This document shows, one piece after another, positions 1-10,395 of a stretch of DNA of 64,000 nt. The position numbers and the translations under genes are program-made. Position 1 is the stretch's first letter; the number at the start of each line of letters is the position of its first letter. Location: positions 31,868,001-31,932,000 of the forward strand of contig OZ024741.1 in NCBI GenBank assembly GCA_964016885.1, given 5' to 3'. The stretch is from Eledone cirrhosa. Lineage: Eukaryota. The notes beneath the pieces are model-generated. The model did not search any database. It saw only the letters and a program-made list of their open reading frames with translations, and was not told the origin of the DNA.

Positions 1-96
1 AGAGTGGGATTGGTTCAGTGCACAGTCTTTCCTCACTTTAAAAATATTCGTCACGCACAGGCATTGCACGAGTGCATTAATAATTATTAATAGTGT

Positions 97-131
<35 letters not shown>

Positions 132-149
132 TATTATTACTTTTTTTTT

Positions 150-194
<45 letters not shown>

Positions 195-202
195 CCAATT
201 CA

Positions 203-1921
203 ATGATGTTCCAGAACAATGTAAACGAGATAATTGCCAATTTGGGTTCTGGAACAAAAAAGATCATTGGCAATAAGGGCAGGGGCCCCAAGTTATCACA
301 ACCTGGGCCCGCCCGTCATCGTGCCATTGTAATAGAGCCAAACAGGGCATTTAGTCTTGGCTGCTGGAACGTACGGACGCTGCTTGACAGGGATTCTTTG
401 GAGCGTCCTGAACGAAGGACCGCTCTTGTTGCGAAGGAGCTTCGACGTTACGATCTTGACATCGTGGCTTTGTCTGAGACGAGGTTAGCTGGAGATGGTC
501 ATCTTACGGAATTTTGTGGAGAATATACATTCTTCTGGAAAGGAAGAGATGAAGGAACCAGAAGAGAGGCTGGGGTAGGATTTGCTGTTAAGACTGTACT
601 GGTGAATAAATTAGAAGAATTCCCAGTGGGGATTAGTGAGCGTCTTATGTCCATGAGAGTTCCGCTGGACAAGGGAAGATATGCTACCCTGGTGAGTGTG
701 TATGCTCCAACTATGAATTCTGTCGATGAAGAAAAACTGTCCTTTTACCATGCCTTGAAAGGTGTTTTAAGAAATATCCCTCAGGCAGACAAAGTCATCG
801 TGCTTGGTGACTTTAATGCTAGAGTGGGTAGGGATTTTAACACATGGAATGTAATCGGAAGGCATGGGGTGGGAAAGTGTAACAGCAATGGTATGCTCTT
901 GCTGCAGATGTGTGAGGAGCTGGATCTGTGTGTTACCAACACCATGTTCCAACAAAAGAACAAATTCAAGACCACATGGATGCATCCTGCATCTAAGGAA
1001 TGGCATCTTTTGGACTACGTCCTAGTCAGGATGCGTGACAGACAGGATGTGCGGTGTGTTCGTGTTCTTCGTGGAGCTGAGTGCTGGACGGACCACCGCC
1101 TGGTACGCGCAAAAGTGAATCTAATCACCAAACGTAAAATCCGGGCTCCTGGTGTTACCCTGCCCAAAAGATTGAATGCTGCTCGTCTTAAGGATAAAAA
1201 TGTGAAGAGGACATTGGAAGAAGAGATGCAGGCTGCAGATCTTGGTGAGGATTGGCCGACCCTTAAAAAGTCGGTTTATGATGTAGGCAGACGTGTTCTG
1301 GGATTGGTGCAGAGAAAACATCAGGACTGGTTTAATGAGAAAGATGTGCATATAGATGACTTGTTGGCTGATAAGAGGCGCGCTCTGTCACGCTACTTGA
1401 CGGCAAAACCACAGGAGAGGAATACGTTGCATGAGGAGCTCAGGGATGTAAAATCACGTGTTAGGCGGAGTCTTTCTCAGATGAAGGATCAGTGGTGGAG
1501 TGAGAAGGCTGGTGAGATACAAACTGCGTCTGATTGCAATAACACAAAGCTGTTGTACAGTCTCTTGCGTGAGGTTTATGGACCGTCTTCTTCTCTGGTG
1601 ACACCGATTCGCAGCAGGGATGGCAAAGAACTTCTTCGTGACTCACAGGGAATTCTACGAAGGTGGCGAGAGCACTTTGATGATCTTTTGAATCAGCCGT
1701 CTGTCGTCAGTGAAGATTTCCTCAATCTCATTCCGGAAAGTCCTGTGAAAGTAGCTCTCGCAGAACCTCCGACACTTGTGGAGGTTGCAGTGGCTATTTC
1801 GAAGCTGAACAGTGGAAGATCTCCAGGTATGGATGGCATACATGCTGAGCTCCTACAATATGAGCTGTTGGAAGGATATGGGCTAATGAATCCGTGCCTG
1901 AGGACTGGAGACATGCAGTAA
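203..1921 (+). pseudogene. RTE ORF 5' part: apurinic-like endonuclease and linker
   Basis: Endonuclease motifs present. Homology continues in another frame after ELLQY (IWANESVPEDW), indicating a frameshift and probably a short deletion. Confidence 0.85.
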
Positions 1922-3717
1922 TGGTGGTCTTGTACAAGGGAAAGGGTAACAGGAATGATTGTGGGAACTACAGAGGTATATCATTGCTTTCTGTCGTGGG
2001 GAAAGTTTTATGTAGGGTGCTTCTGGACCGTCTGCTGACACACATTGCAGATTGTGTCCTTCCTGAAAGTCAATCTGGTTTTCGTGTTGGACGCGGCACT
2101 ACTGATATGATCTTCTCAGCTAGACAGCTCCAGGAGAAGTGCATTGAACAGGGCTTGGATCTGTATCAGGTTTTTGTCGATCTGACAAAGGCTTTCGATA
2201 CTGTCAACAGAGATGCATTATGGAAGGTTCTCCAGAAACTTGGTTGCCCTGATAAGTTCCTTGCTTTAGTTAGGTCTTTCCATGACGACATGAAGGCTTG
2301 GGTTAATGTCGGAGGTAACATGTCGGAGCCTATCTCAGTAAAAAATGGAGTGAAACAGGGGGATATTCCAGCACCGACCCTGTTTGCCATATACTTTGCA
2401 ATGGTTTTCTGTATTGCATTCAGGAATTGCGAGCATGGTGTTTACATCCGATATCGAACCTCAGGCAGCATATTTAACATCAGGCGCTTTGCTGCGAAGA
2501 CAAAAGTATTTACATCAGTCATAAGAGACCTCTTGTATGCAGATGATTGCGATCTTGTAGCGCACACAGAGAGTGATATGCAGCACATTTTGAATGTATT
2601 TTCTGACGCTTGCACTACCCTGGGTTTGACTGTCAGTCTCAAGAAAACCGTCGTCATGTACCAACCTGCACCTGGTAGGCAGTACACTGAACCAAACATC
2701 TATGTGTATGGCAAACGACTTGGAGTGGTTGATCAGTTTGTCTACCTGGGAAGCACTGTCAATCGATACGGCAACCTTGACAGTGAAATCTCACTTAGGA
2801 TTAGGAAAGCAAGTGATGCTTTCGGAAAGCTAGAAAGGCGACTCTGGGGTCGGCGAGACATATGCAGGAGGACAAAGGTAAAGGTGTACAGGGCATGTGT
2901 ACTCTCTTGCCTTCTTTATGCCTGCGAGACCTGGGTCACATATCGACGCCACCTTAAGCAATTGGAGCGTTTCCATCAGATGTGTCTCAGACGGATACAT
3001 GGCGTTCGCTGGAGGGACCACATCAGTGATGTCGAGATTTTGGAAAGCTCTATGTGTGACAGTATAGAAGCTCTTGTGCTTAAGCAGCGACTCCGTTGGA
3101 GTGGTCACCTTGCCAGGATGAAGGATTCTAGAATACCAAAACAACTCTTCTATGGAGAGTTGGTTAAAGGAAAACGACCGCCACATAAACCAAAAAAGAG
3201 GTATAAGGATTCCTTGAAGGCCTCTCTGAAAGACGCTAACATCTCTGCTGATACATGGGAAAATATTGCTGCTGATCGTAATAAATGGAGAAAGACTGTA
3301 TATGAGGGAAAAGTTGCCTTTGAGGCATCTCGAATCGCACACGAGAAAGTAAAGCGGGACGTGAGGAAGGGTATTGCTGTTGCACTTCCAGACGGCGAGG
3401 GTCCTCCTATGTTTCTGACATGCAGCGTCTGTGCGAGACTCTGCCTAAGCAAAGCTGGACTCGAAAGTCATCTTCGCAGTCATAAAGTAAGACCAGTGGT
3501 TGACTACCAGGCTGCTGTTGGAGATGCTACTCATCATACTTGCCAAACATGTGGTAGAGAATGTAAATCAGCAGGAGGACTCAAGCGACATGCAAAAGTA
3601 CACGAACTCCAACCACAGCCGACTATTCCCAGTAAATGTTTTGGTTGCCGACTCTGTGCAAGACATTTTAGATCATTGGCTGGGCTAAAAAGCCACATTC
3701 GATCGCAGCACTGTTAG
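1894..3717 (+). pseudogene. RTE ORF 3' part: reverse transcriptase with C-terminal C2H2 zinc fingers
   Basis: YADD catalytic motif; fingers CSVCARLCLSKAGLESHLRSH, CQTCGRECKSAGGLKRHAKVH and CRLCARHFRSLAGLKSHIRSQH. Confidence 0.88.
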
Positions 3718-3725
3718 TTGCTATC

Positions 3726-3726
<1 letters not shown>

Positions 3727-3763
<37 letters not shown>

Positions 3764-3842
3764 GCTTATGTGCGTGCGTGTGTGTGTATATATATATGAA
3801 TATGTATATTATTATTGTTGTTGTCGTTATTATTATTATTGC

Positions 3843-3894
<52 letters not shown>

Positions 3895-4016
3895 GTTATT
3901 AATGTATGTGTGTATATATGTGTGAGTGTATGTGTATGTATGTGTGTGTGTATATATGTATGTATGTATATGTATGTGTGTGTGTATATATATGTGTATA
4001 TATATATATATGTATA

Positions 4017-4053
<37 letters not shown>

Positions 4054-4080
4054 TTTCCCTTTTTTTTTTTTTTTTTTTTT

Positions 4081-4131
<51 letters not shown>
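3727..4131. repeat. Compound microsatellite (TG)n/(ATT)n/(TA)n/poly-T
   Basis: Directly visible. The overlapping low-complexity ORFs are artefacts. Confidence 0.95.
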
Positions 4132-4340
4132 GACGAAAGTGGATGTACGTTTTTTGAAGCTCCGTGAGTAAGCAATTTTTGAGGATTAATTGTAGAGAAT
4201 TGTTTATTTTTTGTACCGCTGAAGCATTATAAGACATTAATTTGTATCCTGTGAAGGAATAACTCATAATATTTGGGCCTTTTGGCCCAAATATTTGAAC
4301 TTTATTTTGAAAAAAATAATAATTTTTTTCTCAAAAAAAC

Positions 4341-6251
4341 ATGGCGGAGCCACGCCCCCTAGAGGCGGGTCTGCTGTCGTGCAACGGCGACTTGAGCGTT
4401 GAGAGGAGAGGTGAGGCGAGGAGCGCCACCAGCACGAATGTGAGCAGCGACAGTGCCAGCACCAACGGGCCGAGCGGCGCGGAAGGTGGTAACAGCGACA
4501 ACACCAACACCAACAAGCCGAACAGCGCAGAAGGTGGTAATAGCGAGAGCACCAACAAAACGAACAGCACAGAGAGTAATAGTAGCGACAGCAGCAGCAC
4601 CAACAAGGCCAACAGCACAGAAGGTAACCACGACACAGGGGAGAACAACAACAGCAATAGCAGCAGCAACACCAACAAGAACAACAACAGTGACAACACC
4701 AACAAGAACACTTTCGCTGCTGTGGCAGCGGCTAAAAGGAGACCATGCTACAGCATCGACTTAACCAACAGAGAGGAAAAGTTGGCCCAGGCCTGGAAAA
4801 TCATAAATCAAGAGCAGACCTGGGCAAACTTAACTGTCCCGGCAGAAGCCATTGAGGCAGTGGAAAAAAGAACGGTGCATTTCAGATGCATCTCAGTAGA
4901 GACAAAGAGGGCAGCGATAATCGCCCAAGCTGACATAGAAGCCGCACTGAAATACATCAGAGAGGACACAGACTTCATAGAGAGGGGCAGGCAATACGGC
5001 ACCGTTTCGGTGCTGTTCAAGTCTGAAGCCCTCGCTGTGAAGCATTCAATGACCCCTTGCAAAACCAGCAAGGTCATAATGTACCCCTCCCACATGGGAA
5101 AACGAATAGCACGTGTGCGCATTCCCAGGATTCCACCAGGACTTGATATGTGGTGGCTCCTGGGTTGCGTAATCGTGGAAGGAACGGATACAGTCCCGGT
5201 AGAGGCAACGAGAACTGCCAGGGACGACTGGTCCGGGGTTGATCTGGAGATACTGCTCCAAATCAGACCCGAAAACGTAAAAACAATCCCGGACCACATC
5301 CGCCTCCAAAACGGGAGGGTGTTGCATATAATGACTGAGGGAAAAAGGCCGCATTGTTTCCTTTGTGGGGAAACGACACACTTGCGAGCCTTCTGCCCTC
5401 AACTGCCGAAAAGCGCAAGGGGTCGAAAGATTCCACTGCTGGCGACGCCGGGACAAGGACCACCAGCAACACCGTCAACAATGGAACCACCAAAATTGCA
5501 CACCCAGGGGGGAAACGAGGAAAGCTCTCCCATTCCCCCTCCCCCCCAAAATACACACACGAACAAGAACATAAACACTCACTCAGACACAAACACGCTC
5601 ACAGCCACAGACCCCTCATCCTCCAGCAGTGAAGATGAGGGAAAACCAAAGTCCCCCAAAATACAAAAAACAAAACACAAAAAAAAAAGAAATCCACAAA
5701 GCACAAACACCCCCACAAAAGAAAATACACACACCACCCACACAAACATTTTCCCCACAGCATCACCAACACAACCACCAAAATCCCCCAAACGCAAACA
5801 AGCTAAACAGACACAAGAACAAATAGACACACAAACATCAGAAACTACAGACACCCCACCCACAACAAACGCAGACACAATAGAAACAACACTAACAAAG
5901 CTATCACCACCACAATCACACGAACAAATAAAACCCGAGCAACAAAACATTAAAAACTTCGTGCTTGCCAGAAGGGCCAACAAGGAATTGATGGCCCATG
6001 TAGCACGAAGCACAAACATCGAAAAAGACGGGGAAACATTTGAAGCGAGCACATTTCGCGTACCAGATAATTTGCTTCTGATGCGAATGTCGCTCGCTTC
6101 ATACAAAGAAATTCGAAAGAGCTTTCCTCGGGATGTGGGAACCCCGAACGTAAAACCCACGTCAAGACTATTAAAGGGGTTCCCAAAAGAAACCCCACAA
6201 ACCATGGAGGTCGAACCACCCGACCTTCACAAGACCCCGGAAGGTAAGTAA
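4341..6251 (+). CDS. Tx1 ORF1: gag-like nucleic-acid-binding protein with CCHC zinc knuckle
   Basis: 636 aa open frame; CFLCGETTHLRAFC = C-X2-C-X4-H-X4-C; N/S/T-rich N-terminus and P/T/K-rich linker; lies directly upstream of ORF2. Confidence 0.88.
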   Translation: MAEPRPLEAGLLSCNGDLSVERRGEARSATSTNVSSDSASTNGPSGAEGGNSDNTNTNKPNSAEGGNSESTNKTNSTESNSSDSSSTNKANSTEGNHDTGENNNSNSSSNTNKNNNSDNTNKNTFAAVAAAKRRPCYSIDLTNREEKLAQAWKIINQEQTWANLTVPAEAIEAVEKRTVHFRCISVETKRAAIIAQADIEAALKYIREDTDFIERGRQYGTVSVLFKSEALAVKHSMTPCKTSKVIMYPSHMGKRIARVRIPRIPPGLDMWWLLGCVIVEGTDTVPVEATRTARDDWSGVDLEILLQIRPENVKTIPDHIRLQNGRVLHIMTEGKRPHCFLCGETTHLRAFCPQLPKSARGRKIPLLATPGQGPPATPSTMEPPKLHTQGGNEESSPIPPPPQNTHTNKNINTHSDTNTLTATDPSSSSSEDEGKPKSPKIQKTKHKKKRNPQSTNTPTKENTHTTHTNIFPTASPTQPPKSPKRKQAKQTQEQIDTQTSETTDTPPTTNADTIETTLTKLSPPQSHEQIKPEQQNIKNFVLARRANKELMAHVARSTNIEKDGETFEASTFRVPDNLLLMRMSLASYKEIRKSFPRDVGTPNVKPTSRLLKGFPKETPQTMEVEPPDLHKTPEGK

Positions 6252-6280
6252 ACCTTTCCTCTCCCATTCATCCTGCCAGC

Positions 6281-9200
6281 ATGGCCATAAGAGTAGGAAG
6301 TTTAAATGTTCGTGGCCTGGGGTCGCCCTGGAAGCAAGGTCACTTGCTCAACGACCTCAGGTCACTAGGAATGGATGTAATTGCCATCAGCGAGACCAGA
6401 ATTTCCGACACACGCGCACTGGCGCCGATTTTCGACGATTATCAGATCTTTGCATCTGTTAGTCGGCCGGGAATGGGAGGTGGAGTGGCTGTGCTGTTTA
6501 GGAAATGTCTGGATCTCGAGGTAAGGTCAATCTTCCGGGATCCTGACGGAAAGTTGGTGGTCCTGGACGTGAGCAATAGCGAAGGTGGTGCCTTTAGACT
6601 GGTGGCCGTCTACGCCCCTACTGGGGCCGGTCGGCCGGACTTCTTTAGGCGCCTGGAAAACTTTCTGCTTACGTCTCGCCCTTTACTGTTAATAGGGGAT
6701 TGGAATGGCATCTTAGAAGCACGCTGGGATTGTGTGGGAGTATCTGATAGGAGCGGGGGGTGCAAAAGCCTCAAGTACCTGATCAGCCAGTTTCAACTGT
6801 CTGACAGGTACCGACTAGATTTCCCTAATGCGCCAGTATGGACCTGGACCAATCGCATAGGGTCATCTAGATCGTACATAGATAGGATTTTCATTAGGAA
6901 AAGAGATAGAAATAGTGTAGGATGTCCACATTTTAAAACGGTTGCCTATTCAGATCACAAGCTTGTGATCTGTATGGTCGACCTAGATAAGACACGTAGG
7001 TTAGGACCTAGCTACTGGAAGCTAAACATGTCGTTTCCGGCACGTAAAGCTTACAGGGACCGGGTCAACAACTTAGTTAAGCAAAAGTTGACAGGGGGGG
7101 TTGTCAACAACAGGTGGTGGGGGGCACTCAAAAGAGAGATTAGAGCAACCTCGATAGGATTTAGCAAAGAAGTAGCAATAGAGAAAAATAGAAAGGAGGA
7201 GGGGCTGATAGCTAAGTTAGACGAGGCTATTTGTAGTGGCATTGCAACAGACGTGCTAGCGGCGAGAATGGCACTAGACCATTTCTTCAATGCGAAACAC
7301 GAAGGTTGCATTGTCAGAGCTAAGGCGCGTGCTCTGAGGAACGAGGGAACCAAAGCTGCCCGATGGGCTCGCTTTGCAGAGACGCAGCGTGGAAATAAAA
7401 CCACAATTCGGTCTTTGACGGATCGAGATGGACACGAACTGAGCGATTCCAAGCGGATGTGTGAGGCCTTTCGCCAGCACTTTGCTCGATTGTTCGGGAG
7501 GATGGGTGAGTCGGAGACGGCGGCGGACTTCAGTCCCTACCTCGACGGCTTGCCACGCCTCTCGACGGCCGACGCTGAGCGCTGCGAAGAGCCGATAACA
7601 TCAGCCGAAATTCAGGACGCCCTTGTCGGCTGCTCGAGTCGCAAGTCACCCGGTTTGGATGGTCTGCCCTACGAGCTTTACGTAAATATGCCAGACTTGT
7701 TCTCCGATCTCCTCGAAGCGCTCTACTGCAACTGGCAGCAGAACGGGAGCATTCCCAGTTCTGTGAGCCGTGGCGTAGTGACGCTGATAAGGAAAGACGA
7801 GAACAAGAGGGACACACTAGATAATTTCAGGCCCATAACCCTGCTCAACACAGAGTTTAAGATTTTGGCCAAGGTGTTAGCGAAAAGGTTGGCGCTTGTC
7901 GTCAAAGATTTGGTTGGGGAGGCGCAAACTTGCGCAATCCCGACCAGGTCCATACACGACAACCTCCACCTCATGCGATACATCATAGAGAGGGTTGGGT
8001 GCAAACCTGGCTTCGGTGGGGCTCTGATCAATTTAGATCAATCGAAAGCATTCGATAGGGTCGACCATCGGTACTTGGAGGCTGTCCTCGAGGCGGCTGG
8101 CTTCGGCCCCGTCTTCAGAAGCTGGATCGCTGCAATGTACAGCGGCATCCGCTCGGTGGTCAAAGTTAATGGCCACCTCTCGGAACCGTTTCAGATCTCT
8201 CGATCGGTCCGTCAAGGGTGCCCTCTCTCCTCACTTCTGTACGTATTGACTCTTGAGCCTCTACTGCGGAAGCTGGAGTTGTTGCAGGGCATCCCGCTCG
8301 AACCGGGACGTAGAAAGGCTGCGTCCGCTTATGCGGACGACATCACCGTGATGGTGTCGGACACCTCGGAAATCGAGGTGATCCGCACCCATTTGGAGGA
8401 ATATGAAAGGTTGACGGGAGCAAAACTTAACCCGGAAAAGTCGGTGGGCTTGCAGCTCGGCACCTGGAGAGGCAAGTCCATGCCGTCCAACAGCGTCGTT
8501 GGGCGCTGGACAGACGGACCGGTAAAGTTGCTCGGGGTTTGGTTCGGACCAGACCTCCAGGTGGATAAGAATTGGGACGAGGTGACGAGCAGGATAGCCA
8601 ACCTCACCCAGAAATGGGCTGAGAGAAAGCTATCACTGAAAGGGCGGGCGGAGGTGGCGAACGCGTACATCGCGTCCGTCATCTACTACCGCCTGACCGT
8701 CGTGCCTTGCCCCCGTCCACGCCTCGCCAATTTGGAACGGCTCCTTTTCAAATTTTTGTGGAGGGGACGGGTCCCGTTGGTGAGGCGGTCCATCTGCTGC
8801 CAGCACCCTCTTCGTGGAGGGCTGGGCATGCCGTGGCTAATGATGCGCAGACATGCGCTGAGGCTGCGACATCTCCAGATATTTTGCCTAAACGGTGAAC
8901 AGGTGTGGTCGCCGTTTGTTAGACGGGCCTTTCCGCAGCTCATCTCTTTGACTGAGCTGCAGTCCTGGGTCAAGAAGAGACCGAGACTGGGCGACTGGCA
9001 TCTGGAATGTTGCCAGGCGCTCACTGCACTCTGCAAGGTGGGCAATGCGGTCAGTGGAACTTCCACTCAAGATTTCTATAGAGGATTAGTGGAGGGCAAG
9101 TGCGATGACGTACTAGGAGAGGCTCTGGGCGTCAACGAAGTAGAACTGACCAGTATGTTCCGGAGGACTTTCGAGCCGGGGACGATGGATAACTTCCAGA

Positions 9201-9700
9201 AATCCCTCGCTTGGCAGTGCTACCGGGGGGCGCTGCCGGTTCGGGATAAACTCTACAGGCACGGAAGTGCTGTCAGACGAACCTGCCCGAGATGCGCGCA
9301 GAGCGACGAAACCGTTCTGCACGCACTCGTCCAGTGTCCGTGCATTGCTGACTTGTGGGGTTATGTCGAACAGCTATTGTCGCGTGTAGAACGGATCCGG
9401 CTATCGTCCGAGTCCATAGTGAAGATTGACCCGCCGCCTTCTTTTGGTCAGGAAGGGCAGGCAATTTTCCTCTGCCTGGTGGCAGTAGCGAAAGAGGTTG
9501 CATGGTGGACCAGGTTGAAAGGACTGAAGACAGACACTTTTCTCTTCGGCCAATCCCTCATCAACTTCTTCAAGTTTCACTTGGAAAGGAAGGTGAGGGT
9601 GGAGAGAGAAGTGCTGCCCCCCAGTACATTTACTGAAAGGTGGGTGAATGTGGCGAGAATGGCCCGCGTGAGTGGGCCTACTCTGATCATGCGCCTGTAG
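6281..9700 (+). CDS. Tx1 ORF2: APE endonuclease, reverse transcriptase and C-terminal zinc motif
   Basis: 1139 aa intact. SLNVRGL, SETR, VYAP, GDWN, SYIDRIF, SDH, PSYWKLN, KSPGLDGL, NFRPITLLN, DQSKAFDRV, RQGCPLS, AYADD, CPRC..DETVLHALVQC. Confidence 0.95.
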   Translation: MAIRVGSLNVRGLGSPWKQGHLLNDLRSLGMDVIAISETRISDTRALAPIFDDYQIFASVSRPGMGGGVAVLFRKCLDLEVRSIFRDPDGKLVVLDVSNSEGGAFRLVAVYAPTGAGRPDFFRRLENFLLTSRPLLLIGDWNGILEARWDCVGVSDRSGGCKSLKYLISQFQLSDRYRLDFPNAPVWTWTNRIGSSRSYIDRIFIRKRDRNSVGCPHFKTVAYSDHKLVICMVDLDKTRRLGPSYWKLNMSFPARKAYRDRVNNLVKQKLTGGVVNNRWWGALKREIRATSIGFSKEVAIEKNRKEEGLIAKLDEAICSGIATDVLAARMALDHFFNAKHEGCIVRAKARALRNEGTKAARWARFAETQRGNKTTIRSLTDRDGHELSDSKRMCEAFRQHFARLFGRMGESETAADFSPYLDGLPRLSTADAERCEEPITSAEIQDALVGCSSRKSPGLDGLPYELYVNMPDLFSDLLEALYCNWQQNGSIPSSVSRGVVTLIRKDENKRDTLDNFRPITLLNTEFKILAKVLAKRLALVVKDLVGEAQTCAIPTRSIHDNLHLMRYIIERVGCKPGFGGALINLDQSKAFDRVDHRYLEAVLEAAGFGPVFRSWIAAMYSGIRSVVKVNGHLSEPFQISRSVRQGCPLSSLLYVLTLEPLLRKLELLQGIPLEPGRRKAASAYADDITVMVSDTSEIEVIRTHLEEYERLTGAKLNPEKSVGLQLGTWRGKSMPSNSVVGRWTDGPVKLLGVWFGPDLQVDKNWDEVTSRIANLTQKWAERKLSLKGRAEVANAYIASVIYYRLTVVPCPRPRLANLERLLFKFLWRGRVPLVRRSICCQHPLRGGLGMPWLMMRRHALRLRHLQIFCLNGEQVWSPFVRRAFPQLISLTELQSWVKKRPRLGDWHLECCQALTALCKVGNAVSGTSTQDFYRGLVEGKCDDVLGEALGVNEVELTSMFRRTFEPGTMDNFQKSLAWQCYRGALPVRDKLYRHGSAVRRTCPRCAQSDETVLHALVQCPCIADLWGYVEQLLSRVERIRLSSESIVKIDPPPSFGQEGQAIFLCLVAVAKEVAWWTRLKGLKTDTFLFGQSLINFFKFHLERKVRVEREVLPPSTFTERWVNVARMARVSGPTLIMRL

Positions 9701-9957
9701 GCTGGTGAATTCGAGAAGGAGAGGGGTGCCCTTCCCGGGTGCCCTAGGAGCGTCGGGTGGCTCAGGACTGGTGGGGTGCTTGAGTCAACCCTGGGTGGTG
9801 ATCCCTCTTATTGGGGAACTTTCATTGTTGTATTTTTATTGTTATTTTGTTTTTGTTTTTTTGTTATTTATACTTACTCGATCTCTATGTAAACCCCCAC
9901 TGTCCCTGTCTATTGTGTTGTCCCCTATATGTCGGCCCTTGTGGCCAATAAATGAAA

Positions 9958-9992
<35 letters not shown>

Positions 9993-10210
9993 TTTTTTTT
10001 TATTTTTTTTATTTATTTTTTTTTTTTATTGTGCAATGGCCATACTCGATAACGAGGGGGCAGCTATCATGTATGTATGTATACAGGGAGAGATGACCCC
10101 TTAACCTTTGTCCAGGCAGAATTCTAGGAGAAAGAAAACTCTGATATAACACCTGCAACCCTGATGGTATCCAATGATGTTGACTTGTTCTTCTTTTTGG
10201 TAAATATTAT

Positions 10211-10395
10211 GTGGATTGGCAGTATCAGTAGAGGGTCGGACGCCATGCTTTCCAGCATAGTTACGTCCCTTTACGATCTGAGTTAAAATCCCGCCGAGGT
10301 TGACTTTGCCTTTCATCCTTACGGGGTCGATAAAATAAAGTACCAGTAATGCACTGGGTAATTGCTGGCCTTGTGCCTAAAGTAGAAACAATTAT
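10211..10395 (+). mobile_element. tRNA-derived SINE, family A
   Basis: A-box-like ttggcagtatc and B-box-like gagttaaaatccc; body ctttgcctttcatccttacggggtcgataaaataaagtaccagt is shared with at least 8 other copies in the window. Confidence 0.8.

Larger units (their letters stand above)
203..3717 (+). mobile_element. RTE-clade non-LTR retrotransposon: APE endonuclease, reverse transcriptase and three C2H2 zinc fingers; single ORF broken by a frameshift near 1860-1875
   Basis: ORF 203..1921 has APE motifs (GCWNVRTL, LSETR, GVGF, SVYAPT, LGDFNARVG, LDYVL, TDHRLV). ORF 1894..3717 has RT motifs (NYRGISLL, QSGFR, FVDLTKAFDTV, GVKQG, LYADD, YLGS), RTE-typical LRWSGH..RM..R.PK and three CxxC..H...H fingers. 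A (TG)n tract follows the stop. Confidence 0.93.
4132..9990 (+). mobile_element. Full-length Tx1/L1-clade non-LTR retrotransposon
   Basis: 5' UTR of about 210 nt, two uninterrupted ORFs separated by 29 nt, 3' UTR with AATAAA near 9947, and (ATT)n on both sides. Confidence 0.92.

Noticed and set aside
207-314. Canonical HDV-like ribozyme
   Set aside because: No P3, P1.1 or P4 arrangement identifiable; reported instead as an unclassified pseudoknot.
767-9503. Short antisense and alternate-frame ORFs within the two LINEs
   Set aside because: Shadows of the main coding frames with no recognisable motifs.
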